NCBI GenBank assembly: GCA_964589485.1
Contig: CAZPRK010000005.1
Location: 1-64,000 of the forward strand
Source of the DNA: an uncultured Methanosarcinales archaeon
Lineage (GTDB): Archaea > Nanobdellota > Nanobdellia > Woesearchaeales > CAYSVS01
Reading direction: 5' to 3'
DNA length: 64,000 bases
The notes beneath the pieces are model-generated. The model had not been told where the DNA came from and made no database searches. It worked only from the letters and a program-made list of their open reading frames with translations. Of this stretch, positions 20,288 to 30,898 are shown one piece after another (position 1 is the stretch's first letter; every line of letters begins with the position of its first letter). The position numbers and the translations under genes were made by a program.

Positions 20288-22198
20288 ATGAGATTAGTAT
20301 TACTTTTATTATTAGCAACAAGTGTACAAGCGTCTTATTTTGATCTTGAAGAACTTAATGTAGACTTAGATATATCTGGAAAGTTAAACATTACTAAAAA
20401 CAAACCTTACATTATAGAATACATCAATGCTAACCTTTCCTTTTTCCCAAAAGAAACTAAATTTCAAAAAGTATTTGAAAAAAAATATACTCCAAATGCA
20501 ATAATAACGGACAACCTAGTTTCATTTCAATGGGAAGACCCAAAAGATAATGAAGTTTTTACTGCATATTATAAAATCAAAGTAAGTAAAAACCATGAAA
20601 AAGTTAAATCAAAAATAAAATTTCCAATTACTAATTTAGAAGAAGAGTATCAAAAATACACTGAGCCAACTAAGAACATCGAATCTAATGATCCAAACAT
20701 AATTTTAAGGGCATCAAATATAGTCGAAGGTAAAGATGATCTTTTCGAGGCAGTATTCGAGATAGCTTCTTGGATTAAAACTAATATAAACTATTCTTTA
20801 GATACTTTAACTGCAAAAGCTGTACAAAAAAGTACATGGGTCTTAGAAAACAGATACGGAGTTTGTGATGAAATAACTAATTTACTTATTGCAATGTTAA
20901 GAAGTGTAGGAATTCCTGCAAGATACGTCTCAGGCTTAGCATATACTAATTATAACGAGAGAAATGATTGGGGACCTCATGCATGGGCTGAAGTTTACTT
21001 CCCAGATGTAGGGTGGATTAGCTTTGATATAACATATAGTGAATTTGGATACGTTGATCCTAGTCATATTGTATTATTATATTCATTAGATTCAGAAACA
21101 ACTTCTGCATCCTATCAATGGAAAGCAAAAAATGTAAATGTAAAAGCAAATCCTATTAATTTTAACACATTTGCTAAAGAGAGTAAACCTTCAATAATAA
21201 ACACAGAAATAAAACCTAAATTCGAAAAAAATAAAATTACTTTTGGTTCTTATAATTTATTGGAAATTGAATTTATCAATAAAGATAACTTTTACAAAGT
21301 TGAAGATTTTCAAATTTCTAAACCTAATGAAATAGAAATTATTGGAAATCCGTCAACTGAAATCTTACTAAAACCATTTGAAACTAAAAAAGTTCAATAT
21401 ATTATCAAAACTGCAAATTTAGATGAAAATTATATATACGAATTTCCTGTAGCAATAATTACAAAAGATAATAAATCTTATAAAACTTATTTTACATCGT
21501 CAAAAGAATTTGATTATTTTGAAGAAAAATTTTTCAAGATCGAAAAACAAGAAAATAAAATTAACACAGACTTAGAGGTAACTTGTAAAAGTAACGATAT
21601 ACATTACATTAACGAAATCGCAAAAATATCATGTAATGTGAAAAATACAGGAAATAGTTTAATTAAAAATCTTAAAATAAAAGATAAAGTAATTAATTTA
21701 GGAATAGCTCAACAAAAAGAAATAAAGTTACAAATTCCAATAGAAAACATTAACAAAAAAGATTATACAATAAAAATAAAAAGCGAAAAAATAAACAAAA
21801 ATATTAATTTTAGAATAAACGTTACAGATCATCCAAAAATAAAAATTAAAAATATAACTTACCCAAAAAAAATTCAATATAAAGACGAATTTAACATTGA
21901 AATTCAATTAGATAAAATATCTTACTCAGTCCCAAAAAAAGTTAAATTAAACATCTATCAAAACAAATATAATAAAGAATTTCAACTAAATAACTTCTCA
22001 TCTAACAGAAAATTTGTGTTAAAAAGTAAAGGTAATGAGTTTGACCCAGGAATAAATCAAATAAGAGTAATAATAAACTATCAAGATAACGAAATAACCA
22101 AGTCTGAAGAAAAAACATTCAATATTGAGTTAGAGAACACATCATTTATACAAAAAACAAGTATATTTTTTAGAAATTTAATGAGAATTTTTGAATAA
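20288..22198 (+). CDS. secreted transglutaminase-like domain protein
   Basis: Signal peptide; GVCDE..L..AMLRSVGIPARYVSG, HAWAEVY, WISFD catalytic triad. Confidence 0.88.
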   Translation: MRLVLLLLLATSVQASYFDLEELNVDLDISGKLNITKNKPYIIEYINANLSFFPKETKFQKVFEKKYTPNAIITDNLVSFQWEDPKDNEVFTAYYKIKVSKNHEKVKSKIKFPITNLEEEYQKYTEPTKNIESNDPNIILRASNIVEGKDDLFEAVFEIASWIKTNINYSLDTLTAKAVQKSTWVLENRYGVCDEITNLLIAMLRSVGIPARYVSGLAYTNYNERNDWGPHAWAEVYFPDVGWISFDITYSEFGYVDPSHIVLLYSLDSETTSASYQWKAKNVNVKANPINFNTFAKESKPSIINTEIKPKFEKNKITFGSYNLLEIEFINKDNFYKVEDFQISKPNEIEIIGNPSTEILLKPFETKKVQYIIKTANLDENYIYEFPVAIITKDNKSYKTYFTSSKEFDYFEEKFFKIEKQENKINTDLEVTCKSNDIHYINEIAKISCNVKNTGNSLIKNLKIKDKVINLGIAQQKEIKLQIPIENINKKDYTIKIKSEKINKNINFRINVTDHPKIKIKNITYPKKIQYKDEFNIEIQLDKISYSVPKKVKLNIYQNKYNKEFQLNNFSSNRKFVLKSKGNEFDPGINQIRVIINYQDNEITKSEEKTFNIELENTSFIQKTSIFFRNLMRIFE

Positions 22199-22206
22199 AA
22201 AAAAGA

Positions 22207-22224
22207 TGTCCTGAATTCAGGACA
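22207..22224. terminator. perfect 18-bp palindrome between convergent genes, probable terminator hairpin
   Basis: TGTCCTGAATTCAGGACA, followed by a T-tract on the minus strand. Confidence 0.65.
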
Positions 22225-22227
22225 AAA

Positions 22228-22476
22228 TTATTTTCTTTTTTTTGCTACTTTTCTTTTAGCTGGTTTTTTCTTTGCCGCTTTCTTCCTTGTTGCTTTTTTC
22301 TTAGCGGGTTTCTTTTTTGCAGCTTTCTTTTTAGTTGCTTTTTTCTTCACAGCTTTTCTTTTAGCTGGCTTTTTCTTAGCAGCTTTCTTTTTTGTCGCTT
22401 TTTTTCTTGCTGGTTTCTTTTTAGCAGCCTTCTTTTTAGTAGCCTTTTTTCTTGTAGCTTTTTTTCTTGCAGCCAT
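22228..22476 (-). CDS. histone H1-like Lys/Ala-rich basic protein
   Basis: Almost entirely KKAT/KKAA/KKPA repeats; GAGGTGA Shine-Dalgarno upstream. Confidence 0.8.
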   Translation of the reverse strand: MAARKKATRKKATKKKAAKKKPARKKATKKKAAKKKPAKRKAVKKKATKKKAAKKKPAKKKATRKKAAKKKPAKRKVAKKRK

Positions 22477-22663
22477 AATTCTTTCACCTCTTTGTGAATA
22501 TATCCATTTATGACAATACTCATTTAAATACTTTTCTATTTGTGTTACTTTTTTTTAGAGTTAAAAAAAAAGAAATCAAAAAAAGAAATCGCCGTCAACA
22601 AATAACACAAAAAACACCCAAGAATGATAAAACTTAAAAAGAATAAAGGTTTTGTAAATTGAA

Positions 22664-23932
22664 ATGTTAGATATTAATTTGATTAGAAAAAGCCCAGAAA
22701 TAGTTAAAGAAGATTTAAACAAAAGAAAAGATAAAGATAAATTAAAATGGCTTGAAGAAATCAAAAAATACGACGACGAATGGAAAAAATTAAAAATAGA
22801 AACAGAGAAACTTAGAAACAGTAGAAACACCATAAGTAGAGAAATTGCAAAACTAAAAAAAGAAAAAAAAGATATAAAACCATTTCTAAAAGAAGCTTCA
22901 GAGATTCCAAGTAAAATTGAAAAGATTGAACAAAAACAAATTAAAATAAAAGAAAAGATAGACAAATACTTAATCCACTTACCAAATATTTTACATAAAA
23001 GCGTTCCTTATGGTGAAGATGAAACTAAAAATAAAGAAGAAAAAAAGTTTAATAAAAAACCAAACCATACTTTTGAGCTTAAAAGTCACGTCGATTTAAT
23101 AGAAAATTTAGATCTTGCAGATACAAAAAGAGCAGCAAAAATTAGCGGAGCTAGGTTCTGGTTTTTGAAAAAAGATTTAGCTAAACTAGAAATAGCGTTA
23201 CAAAATTATGCAATAGATTTTCTTACAGAAAAAGGGTTTACATTATATCAACCTCCTTTTATGATGAATAAACAAACCTATGAAGGAGTAACTGACTTAA
23301 ATGATTTTGAAGATGTCATGTATAAAATTGAAAATGAAGATTTATACTTAATTGCAACATCAGAACATCCATTAGTGGGAATGTTTTATGACGAAATATT
23401 AAACGAAGAAGATTTACCAATTAAATTAGTAGGAGTTTCGTCATGTTTCAGAAAAGAAGCAGGAAGTCACGGGAAAGATACAAAAGGAATTTTTCGAGGG
23501 CATCAATTTAATAAAGTAGAACAAGTAATTATTTGTAAAGAAGAAGATAGTTGGAAATTACAAGAAGAATTAATTAAATTAACTGAAGAAATGTGGAAAA
23601 GTTTAGGTTTACATTTTAGAAAAGTAAACATTTGCACTGGTGATATTGGAACAGTTGCAGCAAAAAAATATGACTTAGAAGTATGGATGCCTGTCGGAAA
23701 ACAATATAGAGAAGTTGTTAGTTGTAGTAATTGCACAGATTACCAAGCAAGAAGACTTAAGATAAGATATAGACATAAAGAAGGAAATAAAATAGTTCAT
23801 ACATTAAATAGTACAGGAATTGCAACATCAAGAGCATTAGTTGCAATTTTAGAAAACAATCAACAAAAAGATGGATCAATTAAAATTCCAAAAGTACTTC
23901 AAAAATATATGAATAAATCGGTAATAAAATGA
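22664..23932 (+). CDS. serS: serine--tRNA ligase (type 1)
   Basis: MLDINLIR, LIATSEHPL, CFRKEAGSHGKD, HQFNKVEQ, SCSNCTDYQARRL, HTLNST. Confidence 0.96.
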   Translation: MLDINLIRKSPEIVKEDLNKRKDKDKLKWLEEIKKYDDEWKKLKIETEKLRNSRNTISREIAKLKKEKKDIKPFLKEASEIPSKIEKIEQKQIKIKEKIDKYLIHLPNILHKSVPYGEDETKNKEEKKFNKKPNHTFELKSHVDLIENLDLADTKRAAKISGARFWFLKKDLAKLEIALQNYAIDFLTEKGFTLYQPPFMMNKQTYEGVTDLNDFEDVMYKIENEDLYLIATSEHPLVGMFYDEILNEEDLPIKLVGVSSCFRKEAGSHGKDTKGIFRGHQFNKVEQVIICKEEDSWKLQEELIKLTEEMWKSLGLHFRKVNICTGDIGTVAAKKYDLEVWMPVGKQYREVVSCSNCTDYQARRLKIRYRHKEGNKIVHTLNSTGIATSRALVAILENNQQKDGSIKIPKVLQKYMNKSVIK

Positions 23933-24240
23933 GATCAATTTCAAGTAAAGTATATTTATTCTTTGGGCTAATTATGATAATAATTTCTTTTATTACAAAT
24001 AAAATAACTAATTCTAATTCAATGAAATCTCTAATTATTATTGGTATAATAATAGTTATATTTGGTATTTTAAAATTCGCATTAGAAAAAGCTATAAATA
24101 TAGGAAAAGTTAAAAAAGAATATAAACATACCCCTGAATACTATAAGAAACATCATACATATAAATATTGTAACAAATGTGGTTCTAAACTAAGAGAAAG
24201 TTTTAACTTTTGTTATAAATGTGGTGAAAGATCAGCTTAG
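23929..24240 (+). CDS. membrane protein with C-terminal zinc ribbon
   Basis: Two TM helices plus CNKCG...FCYKCG. Confidence 0.8.
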   Translation: MRSISSKVYLFFGLIMIIISFITNKITNSNSMKSLIIIGIIIVIFGILKFALEKAINIGKVKKEYKHTPEYYKKHHTYKYCNKCGSKLRESFNFCYKCGERSA

Positions 24241-24252
24241 GAGGTGTTGCCA

Positions 24253-24393
24253 ATGACATATAAGTGCAGCCATTGTAGTAGAAGATCAGAAGAAGAAGAA
24301 GAATGCTGCGGCGAAACTATGAATAAAGAGGAAGAAGAAGAATTAGAAAACGATGATTATAATCTCTCACAATATAGTGATGAAGATGATTAA
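24253..24393 (+). CDS. small Cys-rich acidic protein, desulforedoxin-like (46 aa, not in ORF track)
   Basis: MTYKCSHCSRRSEEEEECCGETMNKEEEEELENDDYNLSQYSDEDD, with GGAGGTG at 24240-24246. Confidence 0.7.
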   Translation: MTYKCSHCSRRSEEEEECCGETMNKEEEEELENDDYNLSQYSDEDD

Positions 24394-25334
24394 ATTTCAA
24401 AAATTAAATCTTTAGCTTTTTTTTCATTAAATAAAATATCATAAACCCCATTAAGAATTGGAAGATTCAAATCAGATAAACTATAAACTATTTTTGAAGT
24501 AGTTACACCTTCTGCAATCATAGTCATTTCTCCTAAAATTTCATTTAAATCTTTCCCTTTACCTAATTCTTCACCAACATGTCTATTTCTACTATGTTGA
24601 CTTGTACAAGTTACAATAATATCACCTAATCCAGATAAACCATAAAAAGTTTCATCCTTAGCTCCTAAATAAACCCCTAAAGTTTTAATTTCTTCTAAAC
24701 CTTTAGTGATTACATAAGCTTTAGTGTTATCTCCTAAACCTAACCCATGAATAACGCCAATCATAATTGCTAAAATATTTTTTAATGCACTCCCTAAAGA
24801 AACACCTAAAGGATCGTCACTTACACTTAATTTCAAATCAGAATCTTGAATATAATGTTTAGCCTTAACTGCAATTTCTTTATCTTCAGATGCAATAACA
24901 GCTCCAGATAAACATGCATCTGCAACTTCTTCTGCATGCATCGGTCCTCCGATTACACAAACTTTATTTGGTAATTTTTCTTGAATAACTTTGTATAAAG
25001 GTTGTTTAGTTTCTTCACAAAAACCCTTTGAACAATTTACAATAATAACATTTTCAGGTATAAATTTTTTCACTTTATCAATAGTTTGAGAAACAACATT
25101 ACTAGGCAATGCAACTAAAACTAATTCTACACCTTTTAATGAAGCTTCGATATCATTATAAAATTTAACGTTAAAGGGAACTCTTACTTTTGACAACAAA
25201 TCATTGATTCTACTAAAATTAACTTTTTCTACTCTTTCTTTAGAATATTCCCATACTTTAACATCATGTTGTTTAGATAAATGTATTGCTAATGCAGTTC
25301 CGAAACTCCCACCACCTAATATAGTTACTTTCAT
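24390..25334 (-). CDS. gpsA: NAD(P)H-dependent glycerol-3-phosphate dehydrogenase
   Basis: GGGSFGTALA, SKG, GPMHAEEV, ALKNILAI, GLSGLGDIIVTCTSQHSRN, AEGV. Confidence 0.93.
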   Translation of the reverse strand: MKVTILGGGSFGTALAIHLSKQHDVKVWEYSKERVEKVNFSRINDLLSKVRVPFNVKFYNDIEASLKGVELVLVALPSNVVSQTIDKVKKFIPENVIIVNCSKGFCEETKQPLYKVIQEKLPNKVCVIGGPMHAEEVADACLSGAVIASEDKEIAVKAKHYIQDSDLKLSVSDDPLGVSLGSALKNILAIMIGVIHGLGLGDNTKAYVITKGLEEIKTLGVYLGAKDETFYGLSGLGDIIVTCTSQHSRNRHVGEELGKGKDLNEILGEMTMIAEGVTTSKIVYSLSDLNLPILNGVYDILFNEKKAKDLIFEI

Positions 25335-25369
25335 TTACTTTAGAATTACCATATTGTTTATATTCTTTT

Positions 25370-26437
25370 CTACTTATTAAACCAATCGTCAAAGAAACCT
25401 TTTTTTTTCTTTTCATCGAATTCTTTAATTAAATCTTTTTGTTTTTTAGTTAACTTTTCAGGAACTTGTAAAATAACTCTAACATTTTGATCTCCTGAAC
25501 CATAACCTTCTAATGAAGGCATACCTTTTCCTTTAATTCTAAATATAGTATGAGTTTGAGTTCCAGATGGAATTTTCAATTTAGTTTTTCCATTTATAGT
25601 AGGTACTTCTACTTCACTTCCCAATGCAGCTTGACCAAAAGTAATAGGAACATCAATTGAAAGATTATCACCTTCCCTAGTAAATAATTCATGATCACGA
25701 ACATGAATTATAATGTATAAATTTCCTGTTGAACCACCTAACTCACCAGCTTCTCCTTCACCCATAACTCTTAACCTAGTTCCAGTATCAGCTCCCGCAG
25801 GAATATTAACATCTAATTTTCTATTATTATGAACTCTTCCTTCGCCTTCACAAAAGTCACAATATTCAGTTATTATTTTACCTTGTCCTTTACATGTTCT
25901 ACAAGTTGCAGTTGTTGCAAATATTCCAAAAACTGTTCTTTTTTGTTCTCTTACTACACCTTGTCCATTACAATCTTGACAAGTTTTTACATCTGAACTA
26001 GTTTTAGCTCCAGACCCTGAACATTTATCACATTCTTCCATACGCGGAATAACTACAGTTTTTTCTACGCCACTAAATGCTTCTTCAAGTGTAATTTCTA
26101 AATCAAGTCTTAAATCACTTCCTCTAGATTGTCCACGAGATCTATTATTTCCCCCGCCAAAAAAAGTTCCAAATAAATCTTCAAAATCAAAACCACCAAA
26201 ATCAAACCCTTGAAACCCAGAAGTATCAGCTGTTCCAAATTTATCAAATTGTTGTCTTTTTTGATCATCACCTAATATAGCTGCAGCTTCATTAATCTCT
26301 TTAAATTTAGCTTCAGAGCCAGCATCTTTGTTAATATCAGGATGATATTTTTTTGCCAACTTTTTGTATGCCTTTTTGATTTCATCTTTAGATGCGTCCT
26401 TTCCCACACCTAAAACTTCATAATAATCTTTAGTCAT
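25370..26437 (-). CDS. dnaJ: chaperone DnaJ
   Basis: HPD J-domain, G/F region, four CxxCxGxG motifs. Confidence 0.96.
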   Translation of the reverse strand: MTKDYYEVLGVGKDASKDEIKKAYKKLAKKYHPDINKDAGSEAKFKEINEAAAILGDDQKRQQFDKFGTADTSGFQGFDFGGFDFEDLFGTFFGGGNNRSRGQSRGSDLRLDLEITLEEAFSGVEKTVVIPRMEECDKCSGSGAKTSSDVKTCQDCNGQGVVREQKRTVFGIFATTATCRTCKGQGKIITEYCDFCEGEGRVHNNRKLDVNIPAGADTGTRLRVMGEGEAGELGGSTGNLYIIIHVRDHELFTREGDNLSIDVPITFGQAALGSEVEVPTINGKTKLKIPSGTQTHTIFRIKGKGMPSLEGYGSGDQNVRVILQVPEKLTKKQKDLIKEFDEKKKKGFFDDWFNK

Positions 26438-26495
26438 ATTTTACACTTCATTTGGTTCTTTTTTAAAACTTACTAAAAAAAAAAATAAAAAAAAG

Positions 26496-28343
26496 TTATT
26501 TCTTTTCTTTATCAGTTACAGTTTCATCTTTCTTTTCTTCATCTACAACTTCTGCGTCAACTACTGTTTCATCTTTTTTAGAATCTTTCTTAGTTTCAGC
26601 TTCTTTTGCAGCTTGTTGATACATTTCAGTTGTGATAGCCTGAACTTTAGTATTTAACTCTTCCATTTTCTTTTTCAGAGCTTCAATATCTTTCTTTTCA
26701 GGTTCCATCAACTTCTTCAAGTCTTCAACTAAAGGTTTAACTTCATCAAGCTTTTTCTTATCAACTTTATCACCCATGTCTTTAAACATTTTTTCAGATG
26801 TAAAAATTAAAGAATCTGCTTGATTAATTACTTCTGCTTCTTCCTTCTTAGTTTTATCTTCGTCAGCGTGCGCTTCAGCATCTTTTTTCATTTTTTCAAC
26901 TTCTTCGTCAGATAAATTTGTACTTGAAGTTAATGTAATTTTTTGTTCCTTGTTAGTTCCTAAATCTTTTGCACTAACATTAACAATTCCATTTGCATCA
27001 ATGTCAAAAGTTACTTCAATTTGAGGCACACCTCTTGGTGCTGGCGGAATTCCCACTAAATCAAACTGTCCTAACAAATTGTTATCAACAAACATACTTC
27101 TTTCACCTTGAGCAACTCTAATTGTTACTGCTGGTTGATTATCTGCAGCTGTTGAAAAAGTTTGACTTTTCTTTGTTGGTATGGTTGTATTTTTCTCAAT
27201 CAATTTAGTAAATACTCCACCCAAAGTTTCAATCCCAAGACTTAAAGGAGTTACATCAAGTAAAAGTACATCCTTAACATCTCCACCTAAAATTCCAGCT
27301 TGAATAGCGGCTCCCATTGCAACTGCTTCATCAGGATTAACACTTTTATCTCCATCTTTTCCTGAAATTTCTTTAACTAAATTCTGAACTGCAGGAATTC
27401 TTGTAGATCCTCCAACGAATATAACTTTATCAATGTCACTTGCTTTCATTTTAGCATCTTCTAAAGCTTGAATTGTTGGTTGTTTTAACTTATCTAAAAT
27501 ATCTCCAATAAGTTTTTCAAACTCAGCTCTTGATAAATTTACATTCAAATGTTTAGGTCCCGAAGCATCAGCTGTAATAAATGGAACATTTATTGTAGTT
27601 GATGTTTTAGTAGATAATTCTATTTTAGCTTTTTCTGCAGCTTCTTTTAACCTTTGCAAAGCCATGTTATCTTTCCTAATGTCAATTCCATTATCTTGTT
27701 TAAACTTATCAGCTAACCAATCAATAATAATTTCATCAACATCATCTCCACCTAAATGACTACTTCCTTTAGTTGATTTAACTTCAAAGACACCATCACC
27801 AAGTTCTAAAATTGATACATCAAAAGTTCCACCACCAAAATCAAAAACTAAAATGGTATGATCATTTCCTTTATCTAATCCATATGCTAAACTTGCTGCA
27901 GTTGGTTCATTAATAATCCTTTCTACATTTAAACCAGCAATTTTCCCTGCATCTTTTGTAGCTTGTCTTTGGCCATCATTAAAATAAGCAGGCACAGTAA
28001 TAACTGCATCAGTTACTTTAGTTCCTAAGTAAGCTTCAGCATCAGATTTTAATTTCTGTAAAGTAATTGCTGAAATTTCTTGCGGAGTGTATTCCTTTCC
28101 ATCAATTGTTACTTTAAAATCTTCACCCATATGACGTTTAATACTTCGTACAACGTGATCAGGATTAGTAATGGCTTGATTTCTAGCCACTTGACCTACT
28201 GTTCGTTCACCATCTTTAATCAATACAACACTCGGAGTTGTTCTTCCACCCTCTGCGTTAGGTATAATTGTTGGTTTACCACCTTCCATTACTGCTACAG
28301 CGGAAAAAGTGGTTCCTAAATCTATTCCTATTGTTTTTCCCAT
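26496..28343 (-). CDS. dnaK: chaperone DnaK (Hsp70)
   Basis: [35 protein letters not shown]. Confidence 0.97.
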   Translation of the reverse strand: MGKTIGIDLGTTFSAVAVMEGGKPTIIPNAEGGRTTPSVVLIKDGERTVGQVARNQAITNPDHVVRSIKRHMGEDFKVTIDGKEYTPQEISAITLQKLKSDAEAYLGTKVTDAVITVPAYFNDGQRQATKDAGKIAGLNVERIINEPTAASLAYGLDKGNDHTILVFDFGGGTFDVSILELGDGVFEVKSTKGSSHLGGDDVDEIIIDWLADKFKQDNGIDIRKDNMALQRLKEAAEKAKIELSTKTSTTINVPFITADASGPKHLNVNLSRAEFEKLIGDILDKLKQPTIQALEDAKMKASDIDKVIFVGGSTRIPAVQNLVKEISGKDGDKSVNPDEAVAMGAAIQAGILGGDVKDVLLLDVTPLSLGIETLGGVFTKLIEKNTTIPTKKSQTFSTAADNQPAVTIRVAQGERSMFVDNNLLGQFDLVGIPPAPRGVPQIEVTFDIDANGIVNVSAKDLGTNKEQKITLTSSTNLSDEEVEKMKKDAEAHADEDKTKKEEAEVINQADSLIFTSEKMFKDMGDKVDKKKLDEVKPLVEDLKKLMEPEKKDIEALKKKMEELNTKVQAITTEMYQQAAKEAETKKDSKKDETVVDAEVVDEEKKDETVTDKEKK

Positions 28344-28348
28344 TTTTA

Positions 28349-28888
28349 TCATTCCTCCACGAATTTTATGTTTTGTTTTTCGATTCCGTGCTCAGTTAAT
28401 ATTTGAGCAGCGGTTTTTTTGGTTGTTTGAGTAATATCTAACCCAAGCAAGTCCAAACCATCTTTCACCCTTTTTTCATCAGACGCTTCAATTTCCAAAT
28501 ACGTTGGAAGGCCTGGATAACTATCAAGTTCAAATCTTATATCTTTGAAAACATAACTTGTCCTAAATTTTTCATGAAAACTTTTTTCTTTAATTCCAAT
28601 TAAATTCAAAATTTTAATCAAATTAGGATCATTTGAAAGTTTAAATTCAATTTCTTCTCTAACTTTAAATTCAGAATTTTCTGGCTTTCCCTTAAAAGTT
28701 AAAACAGTTTCATTTCCTGAGTTAACTATTCTTAATAATTCATCATTTTTTGAAATTCTACCATCATCAAAATCAAATTTTATAGACGCTAATTTCCCAT
28801 CAAATACTTTTTTAGCTCCAATGGATTCTAATTTAGATATAATTTTTTCTTTATCCACGTCCAAAACTTTAATTTCAATTTCTTTCAT
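28349..28888 (-). CDS. CYTH family protein (class IV adenylate cyclase-like triphosphatase)
   Basis: EIEIK, LTFKG, REEIE, KFRTSY, YLEIE. Confidence 0.85.
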   Translation of the reverse strand: MKEIEIKVLDVDKEKIISKLESIGAKKVFDGKLASIKFDFDDGRISKNDELLRIVNSGNETVLTFKGKPENSEFKVREEIEFKLSNDPNLIKILNLIGIKEKSFHEKFRTSYVFKDIRFELDSYPGLPTYLEIEASDEKRVKDGLDLLGLDITQTTKKTAAQILTEHGIEKQNIKFVEE

Positions 28889-29463
28889 TGCAATTCCTCC
28901 AAAGACATTACATCAGTTCCTAAATGTTTAGCACTAAACCCTGCAGTCTTTGCTTTCATAACTTCAATTAAACTATCACTTACAACCATACTTTCCTCTG
29001 GTTTAATATTAGTAGATTGAGATAATTCGCTCCAATATTCACTATGATCTTTATTGAAGTTTGAATCTTCAAAAGCCCAAATTACATCAACATAAGTTAT
29101 CAAATCATTAAAAGCTAAAAAAAGTTCAACAATTTTTCTATGAGAACTTGTCACCACTACTATTTTTGTATTATTTGACTTTAAAGATTTTAATAAAGAT
29201 TTAATTCCACTTTTAAAAATACTTTCAGTAATAAAACCAGGTAATATGTCATAATATAAATCCAATACATCTAATTTTAAACATAACTGGTAAGTATCTA
29301 CTAACCCAAGCTTATTTTTGGGTAATTCATTAACAATATCGTTAATTTCTTTTTCAGACTTTACTTTACTTATAGCTTTAATTATTGCAGGGTATACTCT
29401 ACTATAAACACTTTCATCAATCAAAGTTCCATCAAAGTCAAATATCCAATTTTCGTATTTCAT
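28885..29463 (-). CDS. HAD family hydrolase
   Basis: IFDFDGTL, VVTSS motifs. Confidence 0.85.
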   Translation of the reverse strand: MKYENWIFDFDGTLIDESVYSRVYPAIIKAISKVKSEKEINDIVNELPKNKLGLVDTYQLCLKLDVLDLYYDILPGFITESIFKSGIKSLLKSLKSNNTKIVVVTSSHRKIVELFLAFNDLITYVDVIWAFEDSNFNKDHSEYWSELSQSTNIKPEESMVVSDSLIEVMKAKTAGFSAKHLGTDVMSLEELQ

Positions 29464-29939
29464 TTTTCATCCACCATCTTTTTCAAATCAACTACATCAA
29501 GCGTTTTACCGCCAGCTTTTAAATATTCAGCAAATTGCCTCATACTTTCAGGATCATTCTTATTTACAAAATGATTCAATGTAAACCATAAGGATAACTT
29601 TTCACCCTTAGATGAACATGTCCCTACTTTACATTGTAAAGGTTTTACTTCATGTATGCCACACCCCATATCTTCTTTCAAAAAAACACATGGACCAAAA
29701 GGCATATTCGGATTTTTTCTATTCATTTTTGGTCTAAATAAAGTAGTATTGAATTTTTCTATTGTTTCCAAATATTTACTTTCTAATTCTTCTTCACTAA
29801 TTCCCAAAAATTTTGCAATATTTTTTTTATCATCTCCAACTAAACATCCAGTTCCATATAAACAACAATGAACACATCCTGTTCTACAATCTTTTCCTAA
29901 TTCCAAGACTGTTTTTATGTCAGTATTTTTATCAATCAT
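29460..29939 (-). CDS. YkgJ (CxxCxxCC) Fe-S/Zn cluster protein
   Basis: CRTGCVHCC...PCVFL...CGIHEVKPLQC. Confidence 0.85.
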   Translation of the reverse strand: MIDKNTDIKTVLELGKDCRTGCVHCCLYGTGCLVGDDKKNIAKFLGISEEELESKYLETIEKFNTTLFRPKMNRKNPNMPFGPCVFLKEDMGCGIHEVKPLQCKVGTCSSKGEKLSLWFTLNHFVNKNDPESMRQFAEYLKAGGKTLDVVDLKKMVDEK

Positions 29940-30400
29940 TTTTTATTTATTTTTACTTTAGCATGCCTCAAAACTTTATCTCCCAACATAAATCCTTTTT
30001 GTAAATTTTCAAGTATTAGTTCATTTTCTTTATCATCATGTTTTTCTGTTAACAAAGCTTCATGTAAATTTGGATTAAATTGACTATTTTCAGTATCCAT
30101 TGGTTTTAACCCTTCATCTTCCAAGACTTGAAAAAATTGACTATAAATTAACTCCATTCCTTTAATGAATTCTTCATTTTTATCTTTATTATTAAAAGCC
30201 AATTCAAAACTATCAAGTAAAGGTAATAATTTCAATATTAGCTCTTTATTTGCTGTTATGATCAATTCTTTTCTTTGAGTTTCAATTCTTGTTCTATAAT
30301 TTTCAAATTCAGCCTGATTTCTCTTTAATAAATCAGTCATTTCAATTAATTCTTGCTCTTTACTAGGCTTTTCTTCTTTTTTTGATTTTTCCTTGCTCAC
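29936..30400 (-). CDS. grpE: nucleotide exchange factor GrpE
   Basis: QAEFENYR, LLPLLDSFE, FNPNLHEA, QKGF.LGDKVLRHAKV. Confidence 0.95.
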   Translation of the reverse strand: MSKEKSKKEEKPSKEQELIEMTDLLKRNQAEFENYRTRIETQRKELIITANKELILKLLPLLDSFELAFNNKDKNEEFIKGMELIYSQFFQVLEDEGLKPMDTENSQFNPNLHEALLTEKHDDKENELILENLQKGFMLGDKVLRHAKVKINKK

Positions 30401-30414
30401 TATAAATCACCTTC

Positions 30415-30433
30415 TGTTGACCTAAAGTCAACA
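30415..30433. promoter_or_regulatory. candidate operator (inverted repeat) of the grpE-dnaK-dnaJ operon
   Basis: TGTTGAC-N5-GTCAACA between the TATA-like box (30459-30466) and the grpE SD. Confidence 0.65.
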
Positions 30434-30491
30434 ATTATTACTTAGAATAAACCAAAAGTATATAAATGTTACTGATTTTACCTTTGATAAA

Positions 30492-30896
30492 GTGATATTT
30501 CAACACAAAATTACAATAGTTAGGTTAAAGAAACCCCATAAACAAAATGTTAATCAAGAGCTTCAATGGCTAGGAAGTAGCCTTGGTTTGTTTAATTTAA
30601 GAGATAAAGATAAAAGTTGTTTTAGATTATTCATAGAACTTTTAAAATCAGCTAAAAGAAAAGAAAGTTTAAGTTCAGATGAATTAGCATATAGATTAGA
30701 TTTAACTAGAGGAACCATAGTTCACCATTTAAATAAATTAATTGAAGCAGGAATTGTAATAAGAGAAAATAATAAATATATCTTAAGAGTTGATAGTTTA
30801 ACGCAATTAATAGAAGAAATCAGAAAAGATGTAAAAAGAACCATAGATGATTTAGAAAATATAGCAGCTGAAATCGATGGAACGCTAGGGATATAA
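30492..30896 (+). CDS. winged-helix (ArsR/TrmB-like) transcriptional regulator
   Basis: SSDELAYRLDLTRGTIVHHLNKLIEAGIV HTH plus coiled-coil tail. Confidence 0.85.
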   Translation: MIFQHKITIVRLKKPHKQNVNQELQWLGSSLGLFNLRDKDKSCFRLFIELLKSAKRKESLSSDELAYRLDLTRGTIVHHLNKLIEAGIVIRENNKYILRVDSLTQLIEEIRKDVKRTIDDLENIAAEIDGTLGI

Positions 30897-30898
30897 AA

